A stretch of 63,017 nt of DNA, counting the filler, from Folioceros fuciformis (lineage: Eukaryota), in assembly GCA_049999805.1 (NCBI GenBank). It is 20 parts of 20 records of this genome, joined end to end, with 100 filler letters (N's around TTAATTAATTAA, not from the genome) between each part and the next. Parts side by side here need not be neighbours in the genome. Positions count along the whole stretch, not along the records: positions 9,402 to 12,808 come from JBNGIO010006817.1; positions 12,909 to 15,631 come from JBNGIO010006818.1; positions 15,732 to 18,282 come from JBNGIO010006819.1; positions 18,383 to 19,460 come from JBNGIO010006820.1; positions 19,561 to 20,955 come from JBNGIO010006821.1; positions 21,056 to 23,850 come from JBNGIO010006822.1; 14 more parts are not named here. One strand, given 5' to 3'. Made by a program: the position numbers and the translations under genes. This document shows positions 10,592-23,301 of the stretch, one piece after another. The notes under the pieces were generated by a model. That model ran no database searches, was not told where the DNA came from, and saw nothing but the letters and a program-made list of their open reading frames with translations. Positions within the stretch are counted from its first letter, which is position 1. The number at the start of each line of letters is the position of its first letter.

Positions 10592-12708
10592 TCAGGATGG
10601 TGAGTCTTCATCACCGAAGAGATCTTCGTCTTCCACCATATCAGCCTGCATCACATGTGTGAACTACCTAAGTAAAGGAGAGGAGAGAACGCTGCATACA
10701 TGTAGGCTTGAAGGGAGAGACATTTGACAACCACTCACGTCTTCTTCATCCTCCTCATGTTTTCCGTCGGTTTGCTTCACAGGAAGCTCAATGTCATCGT
10801 TCTTAGCAAACCGACCTCGTACCCGCGGTCTGCTGTCAGCTAATGTCTTCCGACAAGCATACTGCATAAGATGCACGCTCATGTGTCATACACTCTTTGC
10901 GGAATGTGAGCGACACGTTCCGCAAACAAGATTCGAAATATGCTTTGAGTTTGAGTACTAGCCTTTATCTTCTTGTTGAAGTTTCTCTCCGACCTCTTCT
11001 GTTTGTACCTATTGATCCTCAACTTCCTTTCCTCCACTGTGAGGGTGCCTATCTTCGAGGATCCTTCATCGTGACCAGAAGCACCCTGCAGAGTCTGGGT
11101 GGAGCGAAAATTGTTGTCAATGTGATGCGAAACACTCAACACAGCAGCAGCAGCAGCGGCAGCAGCGGCAGTAGCTCTGAATATCACCTGAATATCACCA
11201 GTGCTGTGGACACGTCGCATGGGGCTCGTTATGGGCCGCATATTCAAAACTTGCATATCTGCACCCTGACGCTGCTGGGGAAGAGAACCAGGGCCCGGCA
11301 GATCTCTCAATCGAGAGAGCTCAACGGCGGCCATATGACCATTACCCTGAGGCCCTGGAGGCAAACCCCAGAACTGCCCAAGGGAATGGCTACTTAGACT
11401 CCTCTGCATAATATTGGAAGAGCGATGGGCCATGCTGTGCAGTGGTCTGAGACCATCTCCGTTGGCATCCACCTCCTGCACGTAACCTGGAGGACCTCCG
11501 CCATCTGTGGTCCGGGGTTGCAGACCACCTGGGGGTGGCATGTACATGGCGTTGGCTTGCTGGGCCTGTCTTAGATTCTCCACCCCTAAGTAGACATTGT
11601 CCTTGCGATCATACGTGCTGCATGGCATAGAAGTAGGAATGTGCGCAGAATTGGGGGAGGACCCCAGCATACCGGTCGGAGATAGCTTCTGCCCTCCGTA
11701 AGGAGGGTGACAAGTCCCTGCTGCGGGCAACGTTAGTGGGGCAGGAGGGTACTTGTTGCCTGCAGAGCTAGGCAGGGGAGTTCCAGCTGCTGCTACTCCT
11801 GCTACTAGACCTGAACCTGAGTATGGTACAGTCACACCAACCTTGTCATCAAAACGGTAGGGGTGTGTCCCTAGCGACAGACCTTTCAATTTCTCAGCAG
11901 TACTAGATCCAGGAGACGGGAGAGACATTTTGCTGGGACTTGTGGGAGACAAATGATTCATCACCCGCTGCTTCCCTTGCAGAAAGACGTCAGCCAAGTC
12001 TCCCTCAGCATGCAACATATTCACCTGTCCCAGGGTGAGGGCCGGGGCCGGTTTGTGATTGGGATACTGGTTGTTGTAACTCGATTCGTGCTCCCCATCA
12101 TACGCCATGGCATAAGTCTTGGAGTCGCACGACTCCCCACCACGAGAATCCAAACCTGCACTGCACGCTGCGGAATCCTTGACCTGTCCTGACCCGTTCC
12201 CCTGCAGCCGGGCGAAGCCATCGTCCTGTGCGAGCGCATTCGAGTGCTTGAGAAACAGAGCGCACTCCTCCTCATCGAATGCAGAGCTTATCAACTCATG
12301 TTCCTGCAGAGCCTCGAATGGCGAACTTTCCCTCAACGGCGACAATAAGTCAGCTCCGTCCAGATTGATAAACTTGAGCGCATCATCCTACAAGCCCAAC
12401 ACAAACTAAAATCACCCTACAAGCCAAGCAAACAAAAGAATCCCCGGCACCCAAAGAGCAGCCCAGGCTCAGACAGAAATTCCGAGACGCAACACGAGCC
12501 TCCCAACCCACACAAAAGCAGAGCAGAAGGAATTCCAGGCGCGGGACGCCACAGCAGGAATTCAAGCTCCAGCACCCGCCCCGGGAATTCCCAGCCCCGA
12601 GCCCACAGGAGGAGGAGGATGAGAAGCAACTCCGCCTACCTCTTCCGGGTCTGTTTCCAGGGAAGGCAGGAACGAGTGGTCCCCCCAGGTAGGCGTATTA
12701 TCCGCCAT
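10592..12708 (-). CDS. CCT-motif family (CMF) protein
   Basis: ERKLRINRYKQKRSERNFNKKIK|YACRKTLADSRPRVRGRFAKND, with upstream MQRSLSSHSL and MRRVHSTGDIQ motifs typical of CMF proteins. Multi-exon; the start at 12708 is inferred. Confidence 0.88.
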
Positions 12709-12925
12709 GTCTTAACCCGCCAACAACAAGCCCCCCCAGCTTCCAAGTCATGAGAGAATTCGGTCGGGATTCGACATGACGGACTTCAACAAACTCCCCA
12801 GATTGCGGNNNNNNNNNNNNNNNNNNNNNNNNNNNNNNNNNNNNNNNNNNNNTTAATTAATTAANNNNNNNNNNNNNNNNNNNNNNNNNNNNNNNNNNNN
12901 NNNNNNNNGTGATGGTGTGTGCCAG

Positions 12926-13604
12926 GTACAAGAACGACTCTGAAATCCTTGCCATGACAAATCTGGTGGCCGCGTATCAGAGGAACGAGATCTTGGAGTT
13001 TGAGAAGATCCTGAAGGTTAGAGGCGCTGATTCTTAACGCTTCACAGCCTAGCCCGGATCGAGGTCCTGAGTCGATCAACCATTGATGCTTTCCCAGAAC
13101 AACCGCAAGACTATCATGGATGATCCCTTCATCCGGAATTATATCGAGGATCTCTTGAAGAACATCCGTACACAAGTCCTGTTGAAGCTGATCAAGCCTT
13201 ACACTCGGATTCGAATTCCTTTCGTATCGAAGGTATGGGATTGTGTGCTAGGTTACTTTCCAAGGGATTTGCAGGCGCACACACTTCTGAACCGGTCCCT
13301 CGCTCTCCACCTCTTGCAGGAGTTGAATATCCCTGAAAAGGACGTGGAGCATTTGCTGGTTTCACTGATACTGGATAACAGAGTGCATGGGCACATAGAT
13401 CAAGTGAATCAACTTCTCGAATTGGGCGACAGGTATGATTGGCAAGGTGCCCTTGCGCGATTAAGTGGTATAAGTTGTAGATGATTCGCTGAGGTGCTTC
13501 TGGCAATGTCCAGGTCTAAGGGGCTGAAGAAGTACACGGCGATAGACAAGTGGAATACGCATCTGAAGTCCCTTTATCAGACTGTGCTCGCAAAAGTTGG
13601 ATAG
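12926..13604 (+). CDS. CSN2: COP9 signalosome subunit 2, last four exons (5'-truncated)
   Basis: [82 protein letters not shown]...IDKWN (PCI domain). Confidence 0.93.
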
Positions 13605-13873
13605 AAGTCTAGGCTCTACAATTTTTACCCTCTGCTGCTTACGAAGATTTACAATTATCAAGGACAAGGTATTGGTAACGTAGGTTATTCTTAATGTGGA
13701 CTCTTCGTCGAGACCGTCGACGAGCTACAGTGGACCAGAAACAGAGCACTTTAAAAAGAAAGTACAACGTCGATTTCCGTAATGTACACAGTCGCACAAC
13801 ATGACCGACTCAAAATTGTCAACAAATTCTCAGGGCCTGCACACTACTCTTGGGCAGTCCAACTAGTACCTCA

Positions 13874-15631
13874 TCAATACAGTCGCCCTTTGCAGTTCGA
13901 TGATCGGCAGAAGCAACTCTGAACTCTCTCGCAGCCGTTAACATCAACAATGCTACCAGGCGTGTAGCCATAATCTAGCGTCAGTTCCGTGAATGCTGGT
14001 ATCAACTCCGACGAGAAAAGCATAATGTGAGGGAACCGCAAATCTCCGTGGTCGTATAAAACACACTGGGCGAAAATGTTGGGAGAACAGCTGTGGTTTA
14101 TGAATCGGGCCACACTGCCGCAGTTTTTGGCATCAATGAACCAGTCCTTCTCCTTGGTACCTCTCCAGCTGTCCGCAACAGTCATCGTTTCGAATTGCGT
14201 TCCCCACCGGTTTGCTGATCCGCTACCATAATCCAAACTAAACATATACTGATCGTCCAACTCCCTTTTCAGAGCTTCGTCGCTGTCAATTACCTCTCCC
14301 GTAAACTCACAGATGAAACTTCCAGGCGGAATGGTGTCCCATGAACGCAATCCCCAGCCCGTCAACTCGGTCTTGAAGACTTCGAGGCGAAAGTTCCCTC
14401 CCCTCTGGGTGACCCTGTTGGGGCAAGTGTGGGGGTCGCACATGCAACTCGGTCCGCATTCGAAAACTACCGGCTGTGCTCGTACCAGAGTGCCCTCCGG
14501 GGTGTAAGGCCACTCCTCACCATTCTTGGCACGGCAAGCACAAGCTTGCGACCCTTGACAGACGGTGTGGTCACAAGAACAGCCTGATGAGGACCTCCTC
14601 GGCTCCTCAGGGTACTTCATCACAGAGCACCAGCTGAAGAGCGGAGGGAGGGACTCATCCTGAGTAAGGTCGTTGACAACCGGAACAGCCTTGGCCTGGC
14701 CTTTCGTGACATCTGCGAGCAACAATCCCCTGCGCAAACCCAAACGACCTCGCGTCCCTGGAAGAAAGCGGACTTTCTGTGTCGTCAAAGGTGGCTGCCC
14801 CGAAATCCTCCGCAAGTAGAAAGTCCAGACCAGATGGCCTGACAATCCTTTCTTCGTCTCAGAACGATAGATTTTGTAGAGACCTCCATAGGTGTAGGCC
14901 TTCTTCGTCGGACTCCGCTCATCCTCTACTCCTCGCACCACTCTAATCGAGTACCCCCTCTTCTGCGAAAGCTCCATTGCCTTGTTTCCCCGCACCAATT
15001 TCTGGTCAGCTTCCTGTTTCTTGGTCCTGGAATAATCGTTCCCCCCTTGCCCCGTGTACTGCACATCATCCCCATCGTCAACGTCATCCTCATACCCTCC
15101 AGAAACAATAACACTGGTGGCCACAGTGCTTTTACCATCCCTCCTGGTATCTATCCCCCCTTGCGGACTGAAGTGCATTCCCACAATATCCAGCTCCCAG
15201 CGATAGTAGAACTTCTGCCCGACCAGCACCCCCGGAACGGGTCCACTACGCTTTTCCTGATTCAAGGTCAAGCCGTGTCTCTTCATATATTCCCTAGTCT
15301 CAAGACCAAGCCTACCACTGTCTCCCTTTTGCATCAGCCACCGCCTGTACTGGTCGAAGAACTTGAGCGTGAGCTTCACCATATCCTCCTTGCTCTTCGA
15401 CTCCTTGAGCACACGTTTGAAGCGGTCCCTATCCGGCGGCCCTTTCCGCTGCAAGGGGACGAGGGAGCAATCCTCCACCCGCTGTCCCTCCACTTCCATT
15501 AGCGGGCCAATCCCCTCCTGCTCCACCAAAGCCGGCCTAGAAAGTTCCGCAATCCTCCTCCTCTTCGCCGCAGGACTCGCCCCTGCCACGCGCGGAAAAT
15601 CCTCAATCCTTCTCCTGACCGCCGCAGGACT
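13874..15631 (-). CDS. SUVH: SUVH-family H3K9 methyltransferase (SRA/YDG, pre-SET, SET, post-SET), intronless, 5'-truncated
   Basis: SGGYEDD, YTGQGG, DQKLVRGN, ARFINHSCSPN, ELTLDYGY, CFCRSSNCKGRLY. Confidence 0.95.
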   Translation of the reverse strand, partial: SPAAVRRRIEDFPRVAGASPAAKRRRIAELSRPALVEQEGIGPLMEVEGQRVEDCSLVPLQRKGPPDRDRFKRVLKESKSKEDMVKLTLKFFDQYRRWLMQKGDSGRLGLETREYMKRHGLTLNQEKRSGPVPGVLVGQKFYYRWELDIVGMHFSPQGGIDTRRDGKSTVATSVIVSGGYEDDVDDGDDVQYTGQGGNDYSRTKKQEADQKLVRGNKAMELSQKRGYSIRVVRGVEDERSPTKKAYTYGGLYKIYRSETKKGLSGHLVWTFYLRRISGQPPLTTQKVRFLPGTRGRLGLRRGLLLADVTKGQAKAVPVVNDLTQDESLPPLFSWCSVMKYPEEPRRSSSGCSCDHTVCQGSQACACRAKNGEEWPYTPEGTLVRAQPVVFECGPSCMCDPHTCPNRVTQRGGNFRLEVFKTELTGWGLRSWDTIPPGSFICEFTGEVIDSDEALKRELDDQYMFSLDYGSGSANRWGTQFETMTVADSWRGTKEKDWFIDAKNCGSVARFINHSCSPNIFAQCVLYDHGDLRFPHIMLFSSELIPAFTELTLDYGYTPGSIVDVNGCERVQSCFCRSSNCKGRLY

Positions 15632-16916
15632 NNNNNNNNNNNNNNNNNNNNNNNNNNNNNNNNNNNNNNNNNNNNTTAATTAATTAANNNNNNNNNNNNN
15701 NNNNNNNNNNNNNNNNNNNNNNNNNNNNNNNTTGGCTGTCAACGTGTTCTGCGGTCGCCTTTTGTTAAATTGTTTATGCTACTTTTTTCGCACATACAGT
15801 TTCAAGATTTTAAAGTCTTATTTGTAGGATGTATCTTTATACTCTCTTCATTATTATTTTGTATGAATTTTTTTCACCCTCTGCCATGCGGAAACCTATT
15901 TTACGATTTTCCAAGTTCTGCAATGCATGGAGGTAGCGTTGATGAAGTCACCCTCCTCCTATCATCTAACTCATCCTGTTTTCCACAAATGGATTGGATT
16001 TTAGAAGAAGGTGTGGATGTCTACTTAGGTGTTCACCATACTCATGTTCAAGCGTTGTAAAACATGTTATTAAACACGAGGTGAAATTTCGATGAACTCT
16101 GGCATAAGAGATTCACAATGGTCACAGCAATAGGATACTAACAACCTTGATACGTGGAAATAGTACTGACAATCCATAATCTAATTTATTTCTGTATGCC
16201 TCTACAATCAGAAGGACTTTTGGCCTAGCGTGACTTCAACCAAGTCAAAAACAATTTTTTTCACAGACTGGATTGGCCCAGTAGGTGTTGGCATACATCT
16301 AAGATGCAAGGAGAAATGAGATGGGCTGTTCTTCCTGCTACTGAAAAGTCTGTCGTCGGCGGAGTTCTGCTTCGTCTTCCCGTCTTCAAACTGGCAATGA
16401 TTAGGGGGTCTGTGGACGGCACGGCCTACACCCCATCAACAAATCTGACGCCCAACAGACATAGGAGATTCCCCACTGTCACCACATGCCTCTGTGCGAT
16501 GCAGCGCCCTTCGGCTAAGTGACAAAAGATATGACGTGACAGGACCAGGTTGGACTTTAACGACCCCCACAAGGAGCACCTGCCCTTGGACTTGGACATT
16601 TTCTCTGTGATTTCCCGCAGCTTGATGGGTCAATTCCAACAGAACCTCCCAACAATCGCATAAGCAGCGGGGTGAGGTTTCTGCCCTACGCCCTGGAGGA
16701 GGTATGCTTTCATCAGTCACAAGGCCCAGCTATCACATACCCAGTCCAGCACGTAACTAGCAAGCGTTGAAAACCGTGAGCCATGCCTACAGTTTGCGGT
16801 TACAGGTCAGTGTCCATTGGTACGAGTGCATGTGCCATGCTACAGTACCAAGCTTGTCAAGCACACAAGAGTCTGTAACACATCAGACAAAAAGGCCACT
16901 CCCAAGCAGAAGTTTC

Positions 16917-18282
16917 CTAGTCCTTCGAGACCGTGTCCGCCAAGATGGCGTTCTCCACGCCTGCCGTGGCCATACCTGCCACATTCTGGCTAGAGCGATT
17001 ATACTTCATGTGACTTTGCACCAAGTGCCCGGCAGCCTGGGCGGACATGAGGGACACCTCCCCAGCAAGGACTGCAGCCGCAATTATCCTCGCAAGTTGT
17101 TGGGCGTGGGCACCAGGTGACTCTCTGTTGGGACCTTTAACCCCAAGAACATTCAAACAGGCTCCCTGGGAAGCAAGCTGTGTACCACCTCCAATCGTCC
17201 CCACCTACATCCGTAAAACGCACACTTCACTCCGCTTGTATTCAATCCAAGAACACAAACACGAAGTCACACAGCTCAGACGCTGGCAGAGGGAGAAAGC
17301 CATCAAGCTTACCTCTATAGAGGGCATGCTGACAGATACATGCAGGTCCCGCCCACCATTCACAGCCTCCATCATGGTGATGCACTGCGAGCTCTCAACG
17401 ACCTGGGCTGGATCCTGACCTGTGGCAATGAAAATGGCAGACACAATATTGGCAGCATGTGCGTTGAAGCCCCCGACAGCACCTGCCATGGCGGAGCCCA
17501 CCAAATTCTTGGCCGTGTTCAACTCCACCAAGGCAGCCACAGAAGTCTTGAGAACTTTCACCACAATGTCTTCCTTTATGACGGCCTCACAAACCACAGA
17601 TTTACCACGCCCTTCGATCCAGTTCACTGCAGTGGCCTTTTTGTCGGCACAGAAGTTTCCGGACACACTCAAGGGCTCCATGTCCGGGAACAGATGGTGC
17701 AGATAATTAAGCACGTTCTGCACGCCCTTGGATATCATGTTCATGCCCATAGCATCGCCGGTCACACACTTAAACCGAATGTAGACATTCCGGCCAGCAA
17801 GGACGCAGTAGATCTCATGCAACCTCGCAAATCGACTTGTGCTGGAGAAAATTCACGAATCAGCCTACAGAATCCCACTCACCCAGCACACACACAGGCC
17901 CGATCCAAGAGAGTCAGGCAAGGCAGTATGCAGCAACCCACCTGTTGAAAACAACGCACAAGCTATCAAAATTGGCGGCATCCTCCAGATAAAACTTCAA
18001 CTCCGCAGCGCGCTTCACGCTGGCAAACCTCACCACAGGGGCGCGGGTCATCCCGTCCCGCAGCACAACGCTGGTGGCGCCCCCGGCCAGCAGAATGGCC
18101 TTACATCCCCGGTTGGTGCTGGCCACCAAGCACCCCTCCGTGGTGGCCATGGGCACCATATACTGGAAGCCATCAAGCAACAGCGGACCGGCCACCCCCA
18201 CCGGCAGCTGCACGTACCCTACCACCATCTCGCAGCACTGCCCCAGCACGGCGTTGTAGTTGAACCCCGCCAGCGGCAGCCC
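16917..18282 (-). CDS. HMGR: HMG-CoA reductase, catalytic domain (5'-truncated)
   Basis: Exons 18282-17942, 17841-17313, 17204-16917. Motifs [39 protein letters not shown]. Confidence 0.96.
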
Positions 18283-18382
18283 NNNNNNNNNNNNNNNNNN
18301 NNNNNNNNNNNNNNNNNNNNNNNNNNTTAATTAATTAANNNNNNNNNNNNNNNNNNNNNNNNNNNNNNNNNNNNNNNNNNNN

Positions 18383-19460
18383 AAGTTCCGGTACCCAGCT
18401 GCAGAAGCAGCAGCAAGCACAGGAGAGTCCTCCCGGTCCCGCGTAGATCCCCCAGCCCCTCTGAAGTCACCTCGCTCCCTTCCCCACTCCCGTCCGACAT
18501 CTCTGCCAAACCCACCCGCAGGCCCGGCCCTGGCATCGACGTACTCCCCATTATCCTTGGCCATCCCGTTCCCCACGAACGGCCCCCGAGGCTCCCTAGC
18601 AAAAAAAGAGCGCGGGTGCGGCTCCCCCTGCTGATGATGCTGGAAGTAGTCCCTCTCTGCATGCTCCGGTATGTGCGCGTACCCGGTCCCAGACGCCCTG
18701 GCCTGAGACTCCGGCTCCCGCTCATCGTCAGTCCAGTTGGAGAGGCGGCTCCCTGCTCCGAACCCCAGAAACGGACGCGGCCCTCCCCCGTATCCATCTT
18801 CCCTGCCTGGCCTACCCTGGACGTGCTGCTGCTGCTGCTGCTGTTGTTCTGCATTGGACGGCGGCACACTCTGCCCCTCCTCCACGCCCTTGAGCACCAG
18901 GGCCACAGCCCGCAGCTGCAATGTTCCCTCCGTGTAATCCTTCCCGCTCACCACCTGCTGCTGCTGCTGCGGTTGCTGTTGCCTCTCCTCCTGCTGCTTC
19001 AACGCCAGCTTCCGCTCCTGCTCCAGCCGCTGCTGCCTCTCCCGGTGGCGGTGCGGAGTCGCAGGCCTGGCGGGCAGCGCGGCTTGCAAGGTGGGGAAGT
19101 CCTCCCCCCGTAACAGAACCGCCTTGTCGGGCACCAGGGAAGACGCCGCGGGTGCGGTATGCATAGCCCGGGTCCTAGGAGGGGCGTAGAGCGCGGATCT
19201 GGACTGGACCGCATTGCCGGGGCCCGCCTCCTGGTGCTCGGCGTTGCTGTCCTGCTGCTGGTTCTGCTGGTGCTGGTGGTGATGGCGAGACCATCCCGGG
19301 GCGCCGTTGGTTGATCCCACGCCCACCAGCGCGATGGTAGGATCGTTCCCCGCATGCTCCCGGCGTAGAGACGGCAGATTTACAGGCCTGGGCACGGAGA
19401 GTTTGGAACCCTTGGGCGGGGCTCCCCCGGGAGCCTGGGGCCGAGTGAGGAGCACCATGC
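18383..19460 (-). CDS. BAT2-N (PRRC2-like) domain protein fragment
   Basis: KLSVPRPVNLPSLRREHAGNDP...GW, LRGEDFPTLQA, SNWTDDER, with polyQ tracts. Open across the whole contig. Confidence 0.8.
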
Positions 19461-19560
19461 NNNNNNNNNNNNNNNNNNNNNNNNNNNNNNNNNNNNNNNN
19501 NNNNTTAATTAATTAANNNNNNNNNNNNNNNNNNNNNNNNNNNNNNNNNNNNNNNNNNNN

Positions 19561-20955
19561 ACTAGAAGGCAAGTAAAAGTAGCATCGTCAGGCTGAACAC
19601 CGGCAGCTAACATCTCCTCAAAACAAGCTAGCGCCTTGCGACCTTCATCACAAGCACCATACCCAGCAATCAGGGCTGTCCAGGTAACCACATCTTTAGT
19701 GGCCATGCTGTCAAAAACCTGGCGTGCATCTTCCAGCTCACCACATTTTGCATACATGTCCACCAGGCAGTTTCCCACCACAACATCATCCAGCAGTTCT
19801 CTCTTAACAATCTGTGAGTGGAGCTCCCTGCCCTTCTGCAAGGCACCAGTGCTTGCACACGCCTTTAGAAGGCACGCAAAAGTAACACCGTCAGCAAAAA
19901 CGAGGCCCGCCCCTTCCATTTGTGCATATACAACAAGCGCCTCTTGGCCGAGTCCTTGCTGTGCATACCCAGCAATCAGGGCCGTCCATGTCACCACATC
20001 TTTCGTGTCCATGCTGTCAAAAACCTGGCGTGCGTCTTCCACCTCACCACATTTTGCATACATGTCCACCAGGCAGTTTCCCACCACTATATCATCCAGC
20101 AGTTCTCTCTTGACAATCTGTGAGTGGAGCTCCCTGCCCTTCTGCAAGGCACCAGTGCTTGCACACGCCTTCAACAGGCACGCAAAAGTAAAACGGTCAG
20201 CCACCACGACGCCCGCCTCCTCCATTTGCCCATACACAACGAGTGCCTCTTCGCCGAGTCCTTGCTGTGCATACCCAGCGATCAGGGAATTCCATGTCAC
20301 CACATCCTTCGTGTTCATGCTATCAAAAACCTGGCGTGCATCTTTCATTCGGCCACATTTTGCATACATGTCCACCAAGCAGTTGTTAACAAACATGTCA
20401 GTACGGAAGCTACTGCGCAACACGTCGCGGTGCACTTTCCTGCCAGATTCTAAGTCGGCAGCATATGCACAAGCTTGAACGGCGGCTACAAAGACATAAC
20501 CATCTGCCTTCACTTCTGACCTACGCATTTCTTGGTACAGTTGTATGGCCTCCTTCGGCTTCCCGTTCTTAGCATGTGCAGAGATTATGGAAAACCACAT
20601 GAAGACATCCGGTTTCCCTACCCTGTTGAACACATCCATCGCCTCCTTTAGCCTACCTCCACATGCATACATGCGCAAGATATGGTTCCCCAAATATGCA
20701 TTCGACTCGTACCCAAGTTTTACTGTGAGATCATGAACTCGTCGCCCCACCACCAAATCCTTCTTAGCTGTACAGAGTTTTAACACTGTGTAAAACAGAG
20801 ACTGAGAAACGCCAGAGCCTGACTCCACCAGAGATTCCAGGGCTCTAACGGCCTCAGAAAGCTTACCCTGATGACATAACATGCTCACGGTTGCAGCAGT
20901 TACGACGCCCGTTTCCAATTCTGCACGCCTGCCAGATCCACGCTGATACAGAGAG
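19561..20955 (-). CDS. PLS-class pentatricopeptide repeat protein (probable organellar RNA-editing factor), both ends incomplete
   Basis: Repeating P-L-S motifs (DVVTWNSLIAGYAQQG / TFACLLKACASTGAL / NCLVDMYAKCG), intronless. Any E/DYW domain would lie beyond the contig end. Confidence 0.95.
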
Positions 20956-22361
20956 NNNNNNNNNNNNNNNNNNNNNNNNNNNNNNNNNNNNNNNNNNNNT
21001 TAATTAATTAANNNNNNNNNNNNNNNNNNNNNNNNNNNNNNNNNNNNNNNNNNNNGCTCCCTACCTACTGCGGGTATTTGCCAAAAACCCGCATTCCACA
21101 AGGTTCGGCATGCCTTCTACTCCCAAGAACTCAGGGTTGCCGAAAGTAGTTATTTATTAAAGAAAATAAATATTCTACTTACTCCGAAATCGAGTCTAGT
21201 TGATCACCAGAGTGCCACTCCGGTGATTATTTTTGGGCCTAACAATCACTCCATGCCTTTTCATTTAAGTTACATGCCCAGGAAGTACAAGGCCATACTA
21301 GGCAATGATGGACCTACATATCAGGCTCCATCATCCCATACATTTTTTGCTGCTCTTTCTAGGTGGAACCATTTATGGCTGTCGTTTGCAGCAATTGATA
21401 TAGAATCGGGGCTGTGTTCAGCGATAGTCAACCTCCCCTACTTATCTCACCGTTATTTCAATCATCATACTATGTGGGACAAGTGAGTTGTAGCAATGAT
21501 CAATTTGTGCGAGTTACTGTAGTATACCAACTACAGATGAGTGTATTATGCTATGCACATTTCTCTAAGGATTGTGGAAGGTGGAGTGAGCATATAATTG
21601 ATTTGAGTCTCTATCATATCTTGTTCCCAAAAAATTAGGTGAGAAGATGTTTACTACATGAGAATTTGGTATACTTAGCATGTCGCAAACATCACTTCTG
21701 TTTAACATGCATAATTGGGGTGAACTTGTCGTGGAAGTGGACATAAACTTGATGAGCTTGTTAAATTTGTATGCGGCCTATAGCAAGGGTTTAATCTTTG
21801 CAAACATTACATATGGATTAGGAGAAAAGGAATCCACCCTTAAACATCTTTTCTTATGACATGTTACCAAGTTAGAATCGTGAAAGTTTTCTTGGCAGTA
21901 TAGTTCTCGATGGACATGTCTTCAACGTCCAAGGGAGAGGAGCATGTAATTTTATATTCATACAATAAATATCTCTTGTGACAACATCGTTTGCATTATG
22001 TTAAAACAACTAATGTTTTCCAGCCACTTATCCTGGCAAGTGATAGAATATGACTTGGACCAATGATCATGGCTTTGTTTGGTTTATTAACACCCTAGAG
22101 GCTTGGAGGTGCTGGAGATATAGATTTGGCAAACCCTATACCTTACTAACTGCAGCATGGTAGAGATGGTGATGACTACTTGTTATTGCCAGTGCTACAT
22201 AGATTGAGGAGCAGGCATGGTGATTACTACTTGTTAGTGCTAGTGCTACACAGATTTAGGAGTAAGTTCACTAGTTTTGCCATACGTTTAGCATGCACAT
22301 TCCACAATTTGATTGAAGAATTTTAGATTAGAAAACTCTTTGGACATTATTGGATTCGTTG

Positions 22362-22645
22362 ATATGTGTGGGAGTTAGGCTATGAGAGGATGAACTTCAT
22401 TTGGGCTTGGAAGTTAGGCTTTGAAAGAACAAGCTTTGTTTGGTCTTGGGAGTTAGGCTGCAAGAGGAAGAGCTTTGTTTGGGCCTAGGAGTTAGAGTGT
22501 GAGGGGAAGAGCTTTACTTGGGCTTGGGAGTTTGGGTGTGAGAGGACGAGCTTTGTTTGGGCTTGGGGGTTAGGGTGTAAGAGGAAGAGGTTTGTTTGGG
22601 CTTGGGAGTTAGGGTGTGATAGGGTGAGCTTCGTTTGGGCTTTGG
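22362..22645. repeat. 39-bp minisatellite, ~7 diverged copies
   Basis: Unit approximately ttgggcttgggagttagggtgtgagaggaagagctttgt, starting at 22401, 22440, 22479, 22518, 22557 and 22596. Confidence 0.9.
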
Positions 22646-23301
22646 ATGCTCAATTCTTGATTTTGACAAACTAATGAGCCCTCCCAAACATCTACAATAA
22701 GGTTTAGAAGATATGTTGTAAACTTCCGCCATCTTATTCAATATTGTTACACCTACGAAACCCATGACCAATAAAATAACTCTTGGTCCCTTCGTCTCAT
22801 GCATGGGGTTTGTTAATTTGCTCCTCCCATAGTTCTCATATCCTTGGCTCTTCCTATTGTGCTACTGCATCTTTCGTGCTTGTCTACGTATTCAACAACA
22901 TATTTAATTTAGCATTGTTGTCCTAGCATACATAAAAGCCTGTACAATATACTTGTTTCATCATTGTCTATCCCTTCTCTCTATGGTATGCAGCCTCTAT
23001 AGTATACTTGTTTCATAATTGTCATATCCCCTGCTCTATCTCCTGTGTTATTAATCCATTTGTCCATAAAGTTCTTATTGTGATCCTAAAGTATTCCTAT
23101 CAAGTTGGAATGATTCTTCAACATAAGATACACTAACTTATCAGCAAGCGGAGAGAGCCAACCACATGGACGAGACTGAAGGGATATGAGTTGTTTGATT
23201 CAATTGGATTTAATTCAATTCAAAATTGTTTCACATTTTTGTCTCTTTCCCACCAGAGGAGGATCCACCAATGAGTACCACCAGAGATCCGGGAAGACCA
23301 T

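Noticed and set aside
19636..20478. 280-aa plus-strand ORF and other long antisense ORFs (17340-17948, 36262-36705, 44209-44841, 58563-59138)
   Set aside because: They are shadows of real genes on the opposite strand.
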